A stretch of 64,000 bases of DNA from Escherichia phage finno: the sequence record MN850619.1, one strand, 5' to 3'. The position numbers and the translations under genes were made by a program. The stretch's first letter is position 1. Every line of letters starts with the position of its first letter. Of this stretch, positions 25,813 to 36,039 are shown piece by piece. The notes under the pieces were generated by a model, which was not told the origin of the DNA, did no database searches, and worked only from the letters and a program-made list of their open reading frames with translations.

Positions 25813-26842
25813 TCATACACGGCTCCCAATTATATTTCTTAAAAGAGAAATTATCTTTTGGATTTCTCTCTTGATATGCCACCCAGAAATGCTGTTCCAT
25901 TAACTCTAACGGTGTCTTTGTAACAGTCTGTCCATCCCATGATACATAGGTGTAAGACTCTTTTTTAGCATAGAGTTCATAGATAGCATCAAGACACTCT
26001 TTGTAGGTCTCTTTACCCTCTAAAGCGTTCATCACAGCTACTTTACCAGCACCTTTAAGACCAAAGTAGTTGTCTGCATTATCCCCAGCAACAGCCTGAT
26101 AACACAAGAATTTAAAACCTACACCAACTGTTTTTGCAGCTTTTGGTTTTGATTTGATAGGGCAATCCCAGATATCACCAACATTATTGTCAGCGATAAA
26201 AATTAGTGGTGACTTTTCATAAGTCATATCAATACAATACGTCCCTTCAGCTTGTCGAAGGTCTTTGTCAATACTCATAAGAGCAGCTTTCTTACCCATC
26301 TTTTCAGCTTTAGCAATTACGATTGAATCGGCTTCGAAGCCACCCTTTAAGAGCTTGAACTCTGGTCTGGATAAAAGATATTCACGACAAGCGACTAAGT
26401 GTGTTGGTGTGACAGCATCTTTACGGTTACCTTGATATTGGTGCTCAAGACCTTTAATGTCTTTATGTTTATGCACACCTTTCTCTGTTAAATAACCTAC
26501 CCAAGTTCTCTCTTTACCAACAACCTTAAGCCATTCCTGAAGAACCTGTTGAGTAGCCATGATAGCTTCTTTTTCACTCTTAGCTTCTTTCCAAGTCTGT
26601 CTTTCCCATTCATCTTCATCAAATGTCAGGCCAAGTTCTTCCACAAGGATTCTCTGGTCTGCTAACCATCTTGCAGCATCTTTCGCATTATCAAATGGTT
26701 CAGATTCTTCTGCTGTGAGTTTATTGACATATTTATATTTTGCTTTCTCAACTACACAAGCACCTTTATAGGCAATACTGTCAGAGTCAATAAAAACATG
26801 TGTAACTGAATCGGGAAGTTTTGTTAATGTGTACTTCTCCAT
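25802..26842 (-). CDS. 5'-3' exonuclease / flap endonuclease
   Basis: AGDNADNYFGLKGAGKVAVMNAL matches the helix-hairpin-helix GDxSDN..G.G.KTA motif of FEN/RNase H-like exonucleases. Confidence 0.7.
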   Translation of the reverse strand: MEKYTLTKLPDSVTHVFIDSDSIAYKGACVVEKAKYKYVNKLTAEESEPFDNAKDAARWLADQRILVEELGLTFDEDEWERQTWKEAKSEKEAIMATQQVLQEWLKVVGKERTWVGYLTEKGVHKHKDIKGLEHQYQGNRKDAVTPTHLVACREYLLSRPEFKLLKGGFEADSIVIAKAEKMGKKAALMSIDKDLRQAEGTYCIDMTYEKSPLIFIADNNVGDIWDCPIKSKPKAAKTVGVGFKFLCYQAVAGDNADNYFGLKGAGKVAVMNALEGKETYKECLDAIYELYAKKESYTYVSWDGQTVTKTPLELMEQHFWVAYQERNPKDNFSFKKYNWEPCMNED

Positions 26843-26854
26843 TATGGCTCTCCA

Positions 26855-26888
26855 TATGAAAAAGCCCCATACTAAGTACAGGGCTTTA
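26855..26888 (-). terminator. terminator candidate after SSB-like gene
   Basis: AAAGCCC ... GGGCTTT stem with 13 nt loop followed on minus strand by TTTTCAT. Confidence 0.45.
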
Positions 26889-26904
26889 AAGTAACTTTTA
26901 GAGA

Positions 26905-27762
26905 TTAGTCTTCTGTATCGAAGTCTTCATCTTCTTCGTCATCTGGGTCTGGCAAATCTTCATCATCACCATCATCAGAAGCATTCGAAGATTTATGGTC
27001 TGTTGCGTCTTCTTCAGTGATTTCACCGTTATCTTCAACACCATCAAGACCAAGCATAGCCAGTTCATCTTCATCAAGTTCAGGTTCACCATTAGCACCG
27101 TTACCACCAGTGTAAGGTACAAGAGTATCAATGATAAACTGTTCCTGAATAGGTTTTGTCAGAACATTGTTCTCAAAAGTGTAGAAGTGAGTAGAAAGAA
27201 TCACACTACCAAAAGAACCGTTACCAACTGCGATATCTGGATGAATTACGTCATAGTTCTTGTCATCTTCATGTTTATCAGATGCTTGAGCTTTGATTTT
27301 CTTCATCGGCTGCTTAACAGCTACACGCTTACCATTTACTTCTTCAATCAGCATTATAGGGAATGACTGTTTAGCTGTCCATACAGCACCATCTTTATAA
27401 GCTGCTGCACGACTTACTTTCAAGATGTAGTAAGTGTCTGCTTCAAAAGGTGGTTTACAACCAAACTTCTCTTCGAAGTCATCTGCATCAACTGCTTCAG
27501 TAGTAACTTTATCCCAGCCTTCTGGATTTTTCTTAGACTTAGTAAACTCTTTAAACAGTTTGTTACCGTCTTCTGCCAGAATTGATACGCTGTAGTTACA
27601 ATCTTTTCCTGGGAATTTCTTATCAATAGATTTACCTTTTCCCGGACGTGGTGAAGTGTTCAGGTAATAAAACCAGACATCTTTCAGCAGGTAACGCAGA
27701 GTTTGACGTTCAGTACCATTGTACTTCTCTACCGGAGCTTTCATTTTAACAACTTTAGACAT
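26905..27762 (-). CDS. putative single-stranded DNA-binding protein
   Basis: 285 aa with strongly acidic C-terminal tail (DDGDDEDLPDPDDEEDEDFDTED), typical of phage SSBs; position between exonuclease and primase-helicase. Confidence 0.5.
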   Translation of the reverse strand: MSKVVKMKAPVEKYNGTERQTLRYLLKDVWFYYLNTSPRPGKGKSIDKKFPGKDCNYSVSILAEDGNKLFKEFTKSKKNPEGWDKVTTEAVDADDFEEKFGCKPPFEADTYYILKVSRAAAYKDGAVWTAKQSFPIMLIEEVNGKRVAVKQPMKKIKAQASDKHEDDKNYDVIHPDIAVGNGSFGSVILSTHFYTFENNVLTKPIQEQFIIDTLVPYTGGNGANGEPELDEDELAMLGLDGVEDNGEITEEDATDHKSSNASDDGDDEDLPDPDDEEDEDFDTED

Positions 27763-27798
27763 TATTTAAACCTCTATCTCAATTTATGAAGAGTACCA

Positions 27799-27827
27799 AT
27801 TCTAATTTGTTGATACTCTATTGTCAA
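27799..27827 (-). promoter_or_regulatory. sigma70-like promoter upstream of SSB-like gene
   Basis: Minus strand TTGACA, 17 nt spacer, TAGAAT; GAGG RBS before ATG at 27762. Confidence 0.5.
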
Positions 27828-27834
27828 ATACTAA

Positions 27835-27984
27835 TTACTGGAAGTTGTGCTTATCTTTAGAAGCTGCTTTACGTGCAGTTTTTCCAGTTCTTACACGTTT
27901 TTCTTCATAGTATTTTGCTGGTTTTCCAGCAGTGGCTTTTAAGGAATCCCCAAAAACTTTTTCAAATGCTTTAGAGTGTTTCAT
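27835..27984 (-). CDS. small basic protein (49 aa, not in ORF track)
   Basis: Hand translation MKHSKAFEKVFGDSLKATAGKPAKYYEEKRVRTGKTARKAASKDKHNFQ; ATG overlaps the TGA of the upstream gene (ATGA coupling). Confidence 0.35.
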   Translation of the reverse strand: MKHSKAFEKVFGDSLKATAGKPAKYYEEKRVRTGKTARKAASKDKHNFQ

Positions 27985-28274
27985 GATATTCTCCGATATA
28001 CTTGATATTCAAACACATTTTCTTTAATTATAAACAGCCAGCTAATATTATGCTGAGGCAGCGCAATGATGACTGTAATCATGCTCTGGTGGAAATCTTC
28101 TTTTATCTCAACTTCCCCATCGCATTTCATGAGGAGCATTCTATAGAACCTATCAATCTTTGTCAAACACTCTTCCTGAAATTTATTTAAACTTTTTCCT
28201 TCAAAGAAGGGTGTGAACCCCTCTCTTTTATAACTATCACTCAGTTTCGAATGGGCAGTCATCTGCATCCTCAC
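27981..28274 (-). CDS. hypothetical protein
   Basis: 97 aa ORF overlapping the 3' end of the primase-helicase gene. Confidence 0.45.
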   Translation of the reverse strand: MRMQMTAHSKLSDSYKREGFTPFFEGKSLNKFQEECLTKIDRFYRMLLMKCDGEVEIKEDFHQSMITVIIALPQHNISWLFIIKENVFEYQVYRRIS

Positions 28275-30228
28275 TTAATACAGGTGGAATCGTTGAGCTT
28301 TGACGCTGCTCTTCAGTATAGACTTCACCAGTCTCACGGTCAAACACTTCATCCTCATAATGTGGCAAAGAGTCATCGTAATGGTCTTCAGCTTCACCAA
28401 TGCCAAACTGTTGGCGAATATTTTCTGCTGCACCATCAATGTCAACTCCACAACCAGATGCTTTAATGAGACGTCCTGTATCTGGATTGTACCAAGTATG
28501 ACCAGCAATACCCGTTGACTTACCGTGACGACGACATTTAGTTAACTTGATTTTTGTCAAGTTTTTCTTAACAGGGTCTGGGTCAACCTTGTTACGCATT
28601 AACAGAATGTTGTTCATAGAAATCTGGAAATACGCACCAGAGCCTTTAATATCCTCTTCAGAGATATCCCCACCTTCAGAGTTAGCCTTCTGACCACCTG
28701 CACTCTTACGAACGTGACAGACGTTCACTTGTGCATACTGGTAGCGTTTGCAACGACGCAATAGCTCAGACAAAACTTCCTCTTCATCCGTATCTGAACG
28801 TGACAGAGCCAACGTAATAGGGTCAAGAATAATAATCTTACAGTCTAAGCTGTTAACAAGATAGTCAACAAACTCCAGCAAGTTATCTTGGTCAATTGCC
28901 CCTTGATGGTCTACGATGTGGATACGACGACCTTTAGACAGTTCTGCGTGTGCTTCCTTCAATTCATCCCAATCGCGTTCGTCATAAGGAATCTCAGAAA
29001 TCTGCTTGCTCAGGTGGATTGCACAGAGCATCTCCATCAACTCTTCATAGGTATCCTCTACAGGAATTACACCAATATTGTAATCTGTATCTTTCCAAGC
29101 TGTGTAAATCATTTCACGAGTGTATGCTGATTTACCCACTGAAGATGGTGCTGCCAGAGTTGTAATCTCACCTAGACCATAACCACCATAAGTCAGTCTG
29201 TTCAAATCTCCGAAAGATTCTGGGAAAGGAATCAATGGAATCTGACCACGATTCTTCATTGCCTCAAAACCATCTGCGAAGTTCTTGATACCAGCAGGAC
29301 AGTAACGAGGTGCATTGTAGATACGCTGCTTAAATCCTTCCAGAACTGTATCTTTCTCTTTATAGAACTTTGTCCACCATTCGTTAAGGTCTTTTACACC
29401 CTCTGGATACTGGAATAAACGAACCTTCTCAATCGGAAGGATACCAGCAGCCTCTTTGGTAGCTTTAGCACCTGCTTCATCATTATCAAAGCACAAGTAA
29501 ATCTCATCAAATGATGTGATGTACTGATAGTTGTCTTTGATAGACTTAATGTTTGCACCCGATGGAACAGATACGTGACAGTAATTCTTACGACGAGACT
29601 TGTCCTTAATCGCAAGAGAAGTCATATAGATTGCTGTCGCACATTCCATCTCACCTTCCCAGATGAATAGACGGTTACCACCTTCTGGAGCAATCCATGA
29701 ACCGAACATTGCCAGTTCACCTTTAATGTCTCCAACACCACCTGAGAAGTCTTTTAGCTTACCTCGTAGGTGTTCTTTTGGATGGTCTTCTGGGTAACGG
29801 TGACGAACACGGTAGCCAACATGTTCTAGCTTACCATCTTCATTACGTTTGTAAGTTGGGTAGAAGTGCGCATCAATTTCACCATCACTGTCAATGTCAA
29901 CCTTTATACCTAAGCGTTCAAGGACTTTTGCAGGAATCTTCCTGTCTTTCAAGTCCATTGCTTCTAGGTTTTCTTTTACATCGTCTAAATCCATTCCACG
30001 GAAAGTACGGTTTTTATTGTCTGAACCAGTAGAATAAGTGCTCACGATTTGTCCTTTATCAAAATCCCACTCTGGGAAACCTTTGTTACAACTAAAGCAA
30101 GTCATCGAATAAGAGTCATCGTCATGATGATAGATTGAACCAGCATCTGATGAACCACAACGTGGACATGCACAATGACCAATAAACTGACCAGCCTCTT
30201 TCAATTTACGACCTTTAGACATTAGCAC
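28237..30228 (-). CDS. DNA primase-helicase (T7 gp4-like)
   Basis: N-terminal zinc ribbon CPRCGSS...CFSCNKGF; Walker A-like LAAPSSVGKSAYT in C-terminal DnaB-like half. Confidence 0.85.
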   Translation of the reverse strand: MLMSKGRKLKEAGQFIGHCACPRCGSSDAGSIYHHDDDSYSMTCFSCNKGFPEWDFDKGQIVSTYSTGSDNKNRTFRGMDLDDVKENLEAMDLKDRKIPAKVLERLGIKVDIDSDGEIDAHFYPTYKRNEDGKLEHVGYRVRHRYPEDHPKEHLRGKLKDFSGGVGDIKGELAMFGSWIAPEGGNRLFIWEGEMECATAIYMTSLAIKDKSRRKNYCHVSVPSGANIKSIKDNYQYITSFDEIYLCFDNDEAGAKATKEAAGILPIEKVRLFQYPEGVKDLNEWWTKFYKEKDTVLEGFKQRIYNAPRYCPAGIKNFADGFEAMKNRGQIPLIPFPESFGDLNRLTYGGYGLGEITTLAAPSSVGKSAYTREMIYTAWKDTDYNIGVIPVEDTYEELMEMLCAIHLSKQISEIPYDERDWDELKEAHAELSKGRRIHIVDHQGAIDQDNLLEFVDYLVNSLDCKIIILDPITLALSRSDTDEEEVLSELLRRCKRYQYAQVNVCHVRKSAGGQKANSEGGDISEEDIKGSGAYFQISMNNILLMRNKVDPDPVKKNLTKIKLTKCRRHGKSTGIAGHTWYNPDTGRLIKASGCGVDIDGAAENIRQQFGIGEAEDHYDDSLPHYEDEVFDRETGEVYTEEQRQSSTIPPVLSEDADDCPFETE

Positions 30229-30415
30229 CTCTTCGTTGTAGTTCTGCCTTCAATCCATTTTCAATCTTGTCCAGTTCATGAATTTCATCTGCAATCTCTT
30301 TCCTTCGTGATTCAACTCTCTTAAGACGTTCAATCATTACCTCATTGGAAAGAGATGAGAGTTCCACTAAACGGTGGTCAATAACTTTAAAATTGTCTTT
30401 TACTCTCATCTTCAT
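30215..30415 (-). CDS. small coiled-coil protein
   Basis: 66 aa. Confidence 0.5.
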   Translation of the reverse strand: MKMRVKDNFKVIDHRLVELSSLSNEVMIERLKRVESRRKEIADEIHELDKIENGLKAELQRRGANV

Positions 30416-30423
30416 TCTCTCTT

Positions 30424-31167
30424 TTAAATCTTCAGGATAGCTCTTAGTTTGCTCTCAAGGTCTTCAAGAGTACCATTATTATGAATAATGTCACGCTCAT
30501 ATTTTGTAGAAATGCCATTTTCTGAAACATGTGATGAAACTTTGTCCACATTGTCTCTTTTTACTTCAATAGTTTGGTGTGCAAATCTACTCAGCCACTC
30601 AGCTTCAGAGTCAAATCTTAAATCACTGATTAAAACAACACCTTCTTGATTTCTAAGTGAGCAAACATCAAAGAAATTTACCATTCGTTTTTCGAGGTCT
30701 TTAGACCAGAACTTGTCACCCATAACTTTACGGATAACTTCAGTGCCCCAAATCTGTTGAATTTGCCTTGATGAGAATCTATACTTTTTGCTAAATCCCA
30801 GACGTGTTAATAGAGTCGGTTTAGCAACCTTCTTAAGCTCCATGATTAATCGTCCGGTTAACTCTGACATAAGCTTAAAATCCATATGGTAACGTTCACC
30901 TTTGAAGGTGAACTCCATAGCTTCAGTAACTTTGACCATTAGTTCAGGATATGATAAGTCAAAAACCTGTGGAGTCTCTTTAGTTTCACCATACAGGTCA
31001 TTCCAAGTTAGGTCAAATATCCTTGATGCAGATAGCTTAAGGTTGTCTGCATAGGCCATCACTGCAACATTGTAGCCGTACTCATCCTCTAAGATGTTCT
31101 TCACAATAGAACATGAGGTGTCTTTTCCAGAACGTGCCTTTCCAGTAAATGCGATAATATTACTCAT
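30424..31167 (-). CDS. deoxynucleoside monophosphate kinase (T4 gp1-like)
   Basis: P-loop FTGKARSGKDT and C-terminal NNGTLEDLESKLRAILKI match T4 gene 1 kinase as recalled from memory. Confidence 0.7.
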   Translation of the reverse strand: MSNIIAFTGKARSGKDTSCSIVKNILEDEYGYNVAVMAYADNLKLSASRIFDLTWNDLYGETKETPQVFDLSYPELMVKVTEAMEFTFKGERYHMDFKLMSELTGRLIMELKKVAKPTLLTRLGFSKKYRFSSRQIQQIWGTEVIRKVMGDKFWSKDLEKRMVNFFDVCSLRNQEGVVLISDLRFDSEAEWLSRFAHQTIEVKRDNVDKVSSHVSENGISTKYERDIIHNNGTLEDLESKLRAILKI

Positions 31168-31228
31168 TTTATCTCCCTTAATTACTAAAAAGCCCCCAAC
31201 TAAGGAGGCTTGTAAGATTTATAAAGAT

Positions 31229-32029
31229 TTAGTGCAGTTGCTCAGCAGACTCTTTTTCAGCCATAGCTGAGAGTTGCTTAACAAAATCATCACCGAAGTT
31301 AATGCGTAGTTTCTCTTCAATGATTGAAGCACCAATGTTCACCAAAACATCATTGATTGCTTGCATACTGACACCGCCAGTCATCTCCTCAATGAACTCA
31401 ATACTCATACCCATCATCTGTGAAAGTTGGATTAGTGCAACGATATTCATCATCGTAGAGATAGCTGGAATCATCAGTGCAACTTTCACCTGAAGTGGTT
31501 CTATATCAGCTACAGAGTCATTTTCAACAGCTTCTTCCAAAGACTCTTTAGTTTGCTGGATAATCTCCTTGATTCGTGGGTTTAGTTCTTCTACGCCCCA
31601 ATCAAGTTTTTCATATCGTGAAAGTTTCTCTTCCATACGCTTCTCAAGAGCAGCCATAACAGCACTTGTTGATGAGATAAGCGTATCAATAATGAAATCA
31701 GTGTCCTTAGTCAGCAACAGTTCCTTATCTTCGTCTGACATCCTGATATAGTCATTCTTTTGCATTTCATAAAAGATGAACTCAGCAAGTGCATCAACAC
31801 CAACCGCAATAGATGCCAGAGCAAGTGTAGTGTCTGTCAACATCATGTTAACCTGTTCTGCAAAAGCACCGTTATCAGACTTGTCTTCAGGCAAGTTATA
31901 GCTTGAAGGCATAAACTGTTCTGTGTAGTTGTTCCCACGAAGAATCATAGCCATACTTTCTACGGCATTGATTAAAAATGCTTCGTCAATACCTTTTTCT
32001 TCAAGCATCTTTTCTACATCGATATTCAT
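31229..32029 (-). CDS. hypothetical acidic protein
   Basis: 266 aa ORF. Confidence 0.6.
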   Translation of the reverse strand: MNIDVEKMLEEKGIDEAFLINAVESMAMILRGNNYTEQFMPSSYNLPEDKSDNGAFAEQVNMMLTDTTLALASIAVGVDALAEFIFYEMQKNDYIRMSDEDKELLLTKDTDFIIDTLISSTSAVMAALEKRMEEKLSRYEKLDWGVEELNPRIKEIIQQTKESLEEAVENDSVADIEPLQVKVALMIPAISTMMNIVALIQLSQMMGMSIEFIEEMTGGVSMQAINDVLVNIGASIIEEKLRINFGDDFVKQLSAMAEKESAEQLH

Positions 32030-32030
32030 A

Positions 32031-32453
32031 TTATTTCTCTCTCAGTTGGTTAAGTTTCTTTCTAGAACATTTTAAGTTTTCTGATGAAGAAAAGTCAAGT
32101 GTCTTTTCAGAACGTGGATAATAGTGCCTATCCCAAGAAGTTTCAACATCGTTAATCAGTGATGCTAGATTACACAGGTCTGTACCACTTTGCAACCTCT
32201 TTTTAAGAGAATCTAGTAAAGCAACTGTGTCTTTAGCTTTACGTCTCGCTGTAGCAACATCTTTCATATGCTCAAACACAGAGCATTTTAAGTCATCTTC
32301 ATAGTTTTCAGATAACTCTATTTCATGTTGTATATCAACCATTCTCCTGTGATGGTGAGCATATTCCCGTTGAGCAGCAATGTCAAGTTCTTCCAACTTC
32401 TGCAAAGCTCTAACAAAGTCAGCTATGTCTGGGTGAACAAACATTTTCTGCAT
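32031..32453 (-). CDS. hypothetical protein (first gene of minus-strand early block)
   Basis: 140 aa ORF adjacent to divergent intergenic region. Confidence 0.6.
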   Translation of the reverse strand: MQKMFVHPDIADFVRALQKLEELDIAAQREYAHHHRRMVDIQHEIELSENYEDDLKCSVFEHMKDVATARRKAKDTVALLDSLKKRLQSGTDLCNLASLINDVETSWDRHYYPRSEKTLDFSSSENLKCSRKKLNQLREK

Positions 32454-32496
32454 GTAAGCCTCTTTTAAGTAACTATTAAGTTTTAATCTTTTATCT

Positions 32497-32515
32497 TAAC
32501 GTATTCTATACGTTA
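32497..32515. promoter_or_regulatory. perfect inverted repeat TAACGTA-TTCTA-TACGTTA (operator-like)
   Basis: Read directly in the divergent intergenic region between the two transcription blocks. Confidence 0.55.
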
Positions 32516-32710
32516 TACTTTAAAGCTTTTTAAAAGCTATTAAATAATCTTTTAAGAGTTTTAAAGTATCTGTATAGTTAAACTGTTAAGTAACCTTTTA
32601 AGTAAAAACCCACTTCGCAAAGATTAACACCTTGTCAAGTGCATTGTCAACTTGCTTTTTATAATTTTTTGCAGTAATGTATGAGGTTAATGATTTTAGA
32701 GGGAGTAAAA

Positions 32711-35410
32711 ATGGAAAACGTAGATTTTAAAAACTTACATTTGGTTGGTGATACAGAAACTGATGGTTTACTCCTTGAGTTCACTAAAGTGCACGTAATG
32801 GCTTTCGCAGACTATAAATCTGACGATGAAGAGCCACCTGTATGGGTCTTTACAGATGAACCTATCCTCGGTCACAAGTATACCAAGTACATTAAGGGTG
32901 GCTTACGTGAAGGTATTGAGTTTGCGTTAAAGGCAAAACGTCTTTGCATCCACAACGGTCTCGGTTATGACTGGTGGGTTTTCAATCACATTGCACCTGA
33001 TTTATGGAACTTTGATAATCCAAAGTGTAAACCGTGGAGTAATTTCTTTCAGGATTCTCTTATCCAGTCTCGTGTTCAGTGGATGGATAGACCAACTCCA
33101 AAGGGTTATAAAGGTGCTCATGGTTTGGCTGCATGGGGTGCTCGTGTTGGTGTTCGTAAACCAGAGATTGAGCATTGGGGTGTGTGGAATGCAGAAATCT
33201 TCACTCGTGTTGTAGAAGATATCCGTATTAACGCCAAAACTAAACGGGCACTTGATAACGAGTATCTCAAGCTTAAGAAGTGTGGTATAGATACTTATGA
33301 AACCTACATGCGAGCTAAAGAAACATCTTTCTGGATGAGTCAACAAGCTATCAATGGCTGGAAAGCTGATAAAGAGCTTATGGAGTTCCATGTAAAGGAA
33401 CTTGACAAGTTGACTAATGAGCTTGCTTCAGAGGTTGAACCACACCTACCTCCAACTATTAAGACCAAAGGTAAAGTCACTGGAGAAGAGTTTGCAAAAG
33501 CTTGGAATGAGTATGTTGAAACATTTGGTCATGCAGATGGACTGAAAAGAATTACCAAGTACCCTAAGACAAAGTATCGTCAGCAGGTACGTAATGGCGA
33601 GATGCAGACATACGAAATCAAACCATTTGGTAAGCCAACTACAAAGATTTTTAACATTGAAAAGAGAAATTGCTATACACCAACCAACTCTGTAACTGGT
33701 GAAGAGTACAAAGAGGGTTTTGTAGCGATGAAGGATGCTCGTGCAATCTGCAACGAGTTGAATGCAAAGATTGGCAAAAAATGCAAAGACTGGAAACCAG
33801 TAAAAACAGTCAAGACTGTGAAGTACTATAACAGCCACGTTGTCAATCACTTTGAACTTGAGTCAAGTCGCTACACAGGTTTGATTGATGCACCATATAC
33901 ACCAATTGAGTTCGAAGTTTCTCGTATGACTCAGGTAGCAGTTGTTAAAGACTACTTGAAATCAGTTGGTTGGATTCCAGATGACTGGAACTACAAGAAA
34001 GACTCAGATGGTCGTCCTGTTAAGGTTTGTCGTTTCAAAGACAATAAAAAGATGATTACAAAGCATCCTAAGTGGCAGGAAATGGTTGAGCGGTGTGGTT
34101 TGAGTTATGTTGAGCATGAAGGTGTACAGTACATTGAGCATAACTGGTCTGTGAAGAAGTACACAGATTTGCTTGAGCCTTGCTTAATCCGTACTTCGCC
34201 AAAACTTACTGAATCATCTTATGATACGATTGAAGGTGAGCTTGGACAGAAGATTGCGAAATACTACACTTTGATGCACCGACGCAGAACTATTGAGAAC
34301 TCAAAGGATGATGAGAAAGGTTGGTTGAACCAGATTCGTCCTGATGGTCGCCTTAGTGCTGGTGCAATGGTGTTTGGTACTTCAACTGGACGTATGACAC
34401 AGTATGGTATTGTAAACGTACCGTCTGGTGCTGCTGTCTATGGGGAACCAATGAGGGCAGTGTGGATTTGTGAGGAAGGTACTAACGTTGTCTCTGTCGA
34501 TATGAACTCAGCCCAGCTAGTTCTGCTTTGTAACTTTATGGGTGATAAAGACTTCACCAAAGCGGTAACGCAAGGTAAAGAAGAGATTGAGTTCATTCGT
34601 CAAGAAGATGGACGCTATTACTGCAAACACTTTGATGAGTACCTCAACCCAGAGATTGATAAGTACCTTCGCTATGACTCTGAGAATGACCTGTACGTTG
34701 TCTATTCAGGGACTGATGCACATACATTGAACAGTATTTACTTTAGCTTGAATGATGAGCAGGATATCTTGACTTGTCGAGCCACTCAGGATGAGAATCT
34801 CCTCCATGAGATTAGTAAGGGTCGTAAGAAAGCTAAGAATGGTATCTATGCACTGCTGTTCGGTGCAGGTGATGAGAAGTTTGCTAAGACGATTAAGGCT
34901 GCAACTACTCAGGAAGGTGCGCTGACTAAACAGACTTACTTTATCCGTTTGCCTAAAATTAAAAAGCTGCTAGATGACTTGGAAGCTGACTACAAAGCAA
35001 CTAAAAAGGCACTTGAAGAGGTGTTTGGTAAGACTGCTGCAATCTCTAAAGGGGGTTTTGTAAAGGTTGCTGGAGCTTGGTTGTGGTGTAAATCTCCACA
35101 TAAGTTATTGAATTATTTGCTCATGGGTTCAGAGGCTCAGATTCAAAATGAGGCAATTAACCTTGCTTGCCGTCGTATGATTGACGAAGGCTTAATGAAG
35201 TTAAATGGGCGTAAACCAGCTATTGGTGCTCGTTTACTCTGCGCATATCATGACGAGACGAGTTGGGAATGTCCAGAAAGTATGACGGCAGAGGTGAAAG
35301 CAGTTACTGACTGGTATTATGGACAAGCTTCTAAGAACTTAGGTCTTAAGAAAGAAACACTTGTTACAGGTACTGGTAAGGTTGGTAAAAGCTGGCTTGA
35401 AGTACACTAA
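32711..35410 (+). CDS. DNA polymerase, family A, with 3'-5' exonuclease domain
   Basis: Exo I DTETDG; motif A VVSVDMNSAQLVLL; motif B-like RKKAKNGIYALLFGAG; motif C AYHDE; start set to ATG at 32711 with GAGGGAG RBS. Confidence 0.9.
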   Translation: MENVDFKNLHLVGDTETDGLLLEFTKVHVMAFADYKSDDEEPPVWVFTDEPILGHKYTKYIKGGLREGIEFALKAKRLCIHNGLGYDWWVFNHIAPDLWNFDNPKCKPWSNFFQDSLIQSRVQWMDRPTPKGYKGAHGLAAWGARVGVRKPEIEHWGVWNAEIFTRVVEDIRINAKTKRALDNEYLKLKKCGIDTYETYMRAKETSFWMSQQAINGWKADKELMEFHVKELDKLTNELASEVEPHLPPTIKTKGKVTGEEFAKAWNEYVETFGHADGLKRITKYPKTKYRQQVRNGEMQTYEIKPFGKPTTKIFNIEKRNCYTPTNSVTGEEYKEGFVAMKDARAICNELNAKIGKKCKDWKPVKTVKTVKYYNSHVVNHFELESSRYTGLIDAPYTPIEFEVSRMTQVAVVKDYLKSVGWIPDDWNYKKDSDGRPVKVCRFKDNKKMITKHPKWQEMVERCGLSYVEHEGVQYIEHNWSVKKYTDLLEPCLIRTSPKLTESSYDTIEGELGQKIAKYYTLMHRRRTIENSKDDEKGWLNQIRPDGRLSAGAMVFGTSTGRMTQYGIVNVPSGAAVYGEPMRAVWICEEGTNVVSVDMNSAQLVLLCNFMGDKDFTKAVTQGKEEIEFIRQEDGRYYCKHFDEYLNPEIDKYLRYDSENDLYVVYSGTDAHTLNSIYFSLNDEQDILTCRATQDENLLHEISKGRKKAKNGIYALLFGAGDEKFAKTIKAATTQEGALTKQTYFIRLPKIKKLLDDLEADYKATKKALEEVFGKTAAISKGGFVKVAGAWLWCKSPHKLLNYLLMGSEAQIQNEAINLACRRMIDEGLMKLNGRKPAIGARLLCAYHDETSWECPESMTAEVKAVTDWYYGQASKNLGLKKETLVTGTGKVGKSWLEVH

Positions 35411-35471
35411 TTAGTATTGACAAGGTGCTCAGGGAAGAGTACCTTATACTATATCTTGTATAGGAGGGCTT

Positions 35472-35681
35472 ATGAGCCACCGTGGAAGAACCCATGCAGC
35501 GATGATGAAAGGTGCTTCAAAGGAAACTATCAAGAACCGTAAGCAGAAGTTGTTTGAGAGAATGAACAGGTTAATTGACAATTCATCTCTTTCAGGTTCT
35601 GAGAAGGTTTTCTTGAAAGGTAATCTGAAAAGTATTGCACAAGAACTTATTGATATTGAGTATTGGAGACATCAAAAATGA
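35472..35681 (+). CDS. hypothetical protein
   Basis: 69 aa ORF. Confidence 0.5.
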   Translation: MSHRGRTHAAMMKGASKETIKNRKQKLFERMNRLIDNSSLSGSEKVFLKGNLKSIAQELIDIEYWRHQK

Positions 35682-35896
35682 CACTTGCAGACGTTATTCA
35701 GCAACTTCACGACAATTGCTATACTCCAGAGTTGATTCAGGAGATGTCCATTGTAGTGATGCCTAGCAAGTTCGTAAAAGGTTTTAATGGTGACTCTTTA
35801 AAGGTCGCGCATATCCTTATCGTTGATGGTAAGATTGCAAGAGACCGTACAGGTGTTCTTAAGGGTGAACGTATTGATATTCTGGAGTTGCTATGA
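35678..35896 (+). CDS. hypothetical protein
   Basis: Start moved to ATG at 35678 (MTLADVIQQ) with GGAGA RBS. Confidence 0.5.
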   Translation: MTLADVIQQLHDNCYTPELIQEMSIVVMPSKFVKGFNGDSLKVAHILIVDGKIARDRTGVLKGERIDILELL

Positions 35897-36039
35897 AGAA
35901 AATGTACAGTCTCTGGGGAAGGGTTGGTAAAGGTTTTGACTGGACACTTCTTCGTTCAAACGTTAAACGTAGTGAATTACCAGAACTCATCACTCACTAT
36001 TTAAAAACATACAGAGAGGTAGACTATCGTGAACAATAA
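35893..36039 (+). CDS. possible small ORF (48 aa, not in ORF track)
   Basis: ATGA overlap with upstream stop; but overlaps the GTG start of the following lipoprotein gene, so uncertain. Confidence 0.25.
   Translation: MKKMYSLWGRVGKGFDWTLLRSNVKRSELPELITHYLKTYREVDYREQ

Noticed and set aside
26898-27131. 77 aa Lys/Met-rich ORF and 27420..27626 ORF inside the SSB-like gene
   Set aside because: Alternative frames nested within a longer ORF with a clear acidic C-terminal tail; low-complexity translation.
32650-32665. T4 MotA-box-like TGCTT upstream of TATAAT before the polymerase gene
   Set aside because: TGCTT lies only 2-3 nt from the -10 hexamer, not the 11-13 nt expected for a middle promoter.
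32681-32710. Upstream ATG at 32681 as polymerase start
   Set aside because: The strong GAGGGAG RBS sits inside this extension and is correctly spaced for the ATG at 32711.
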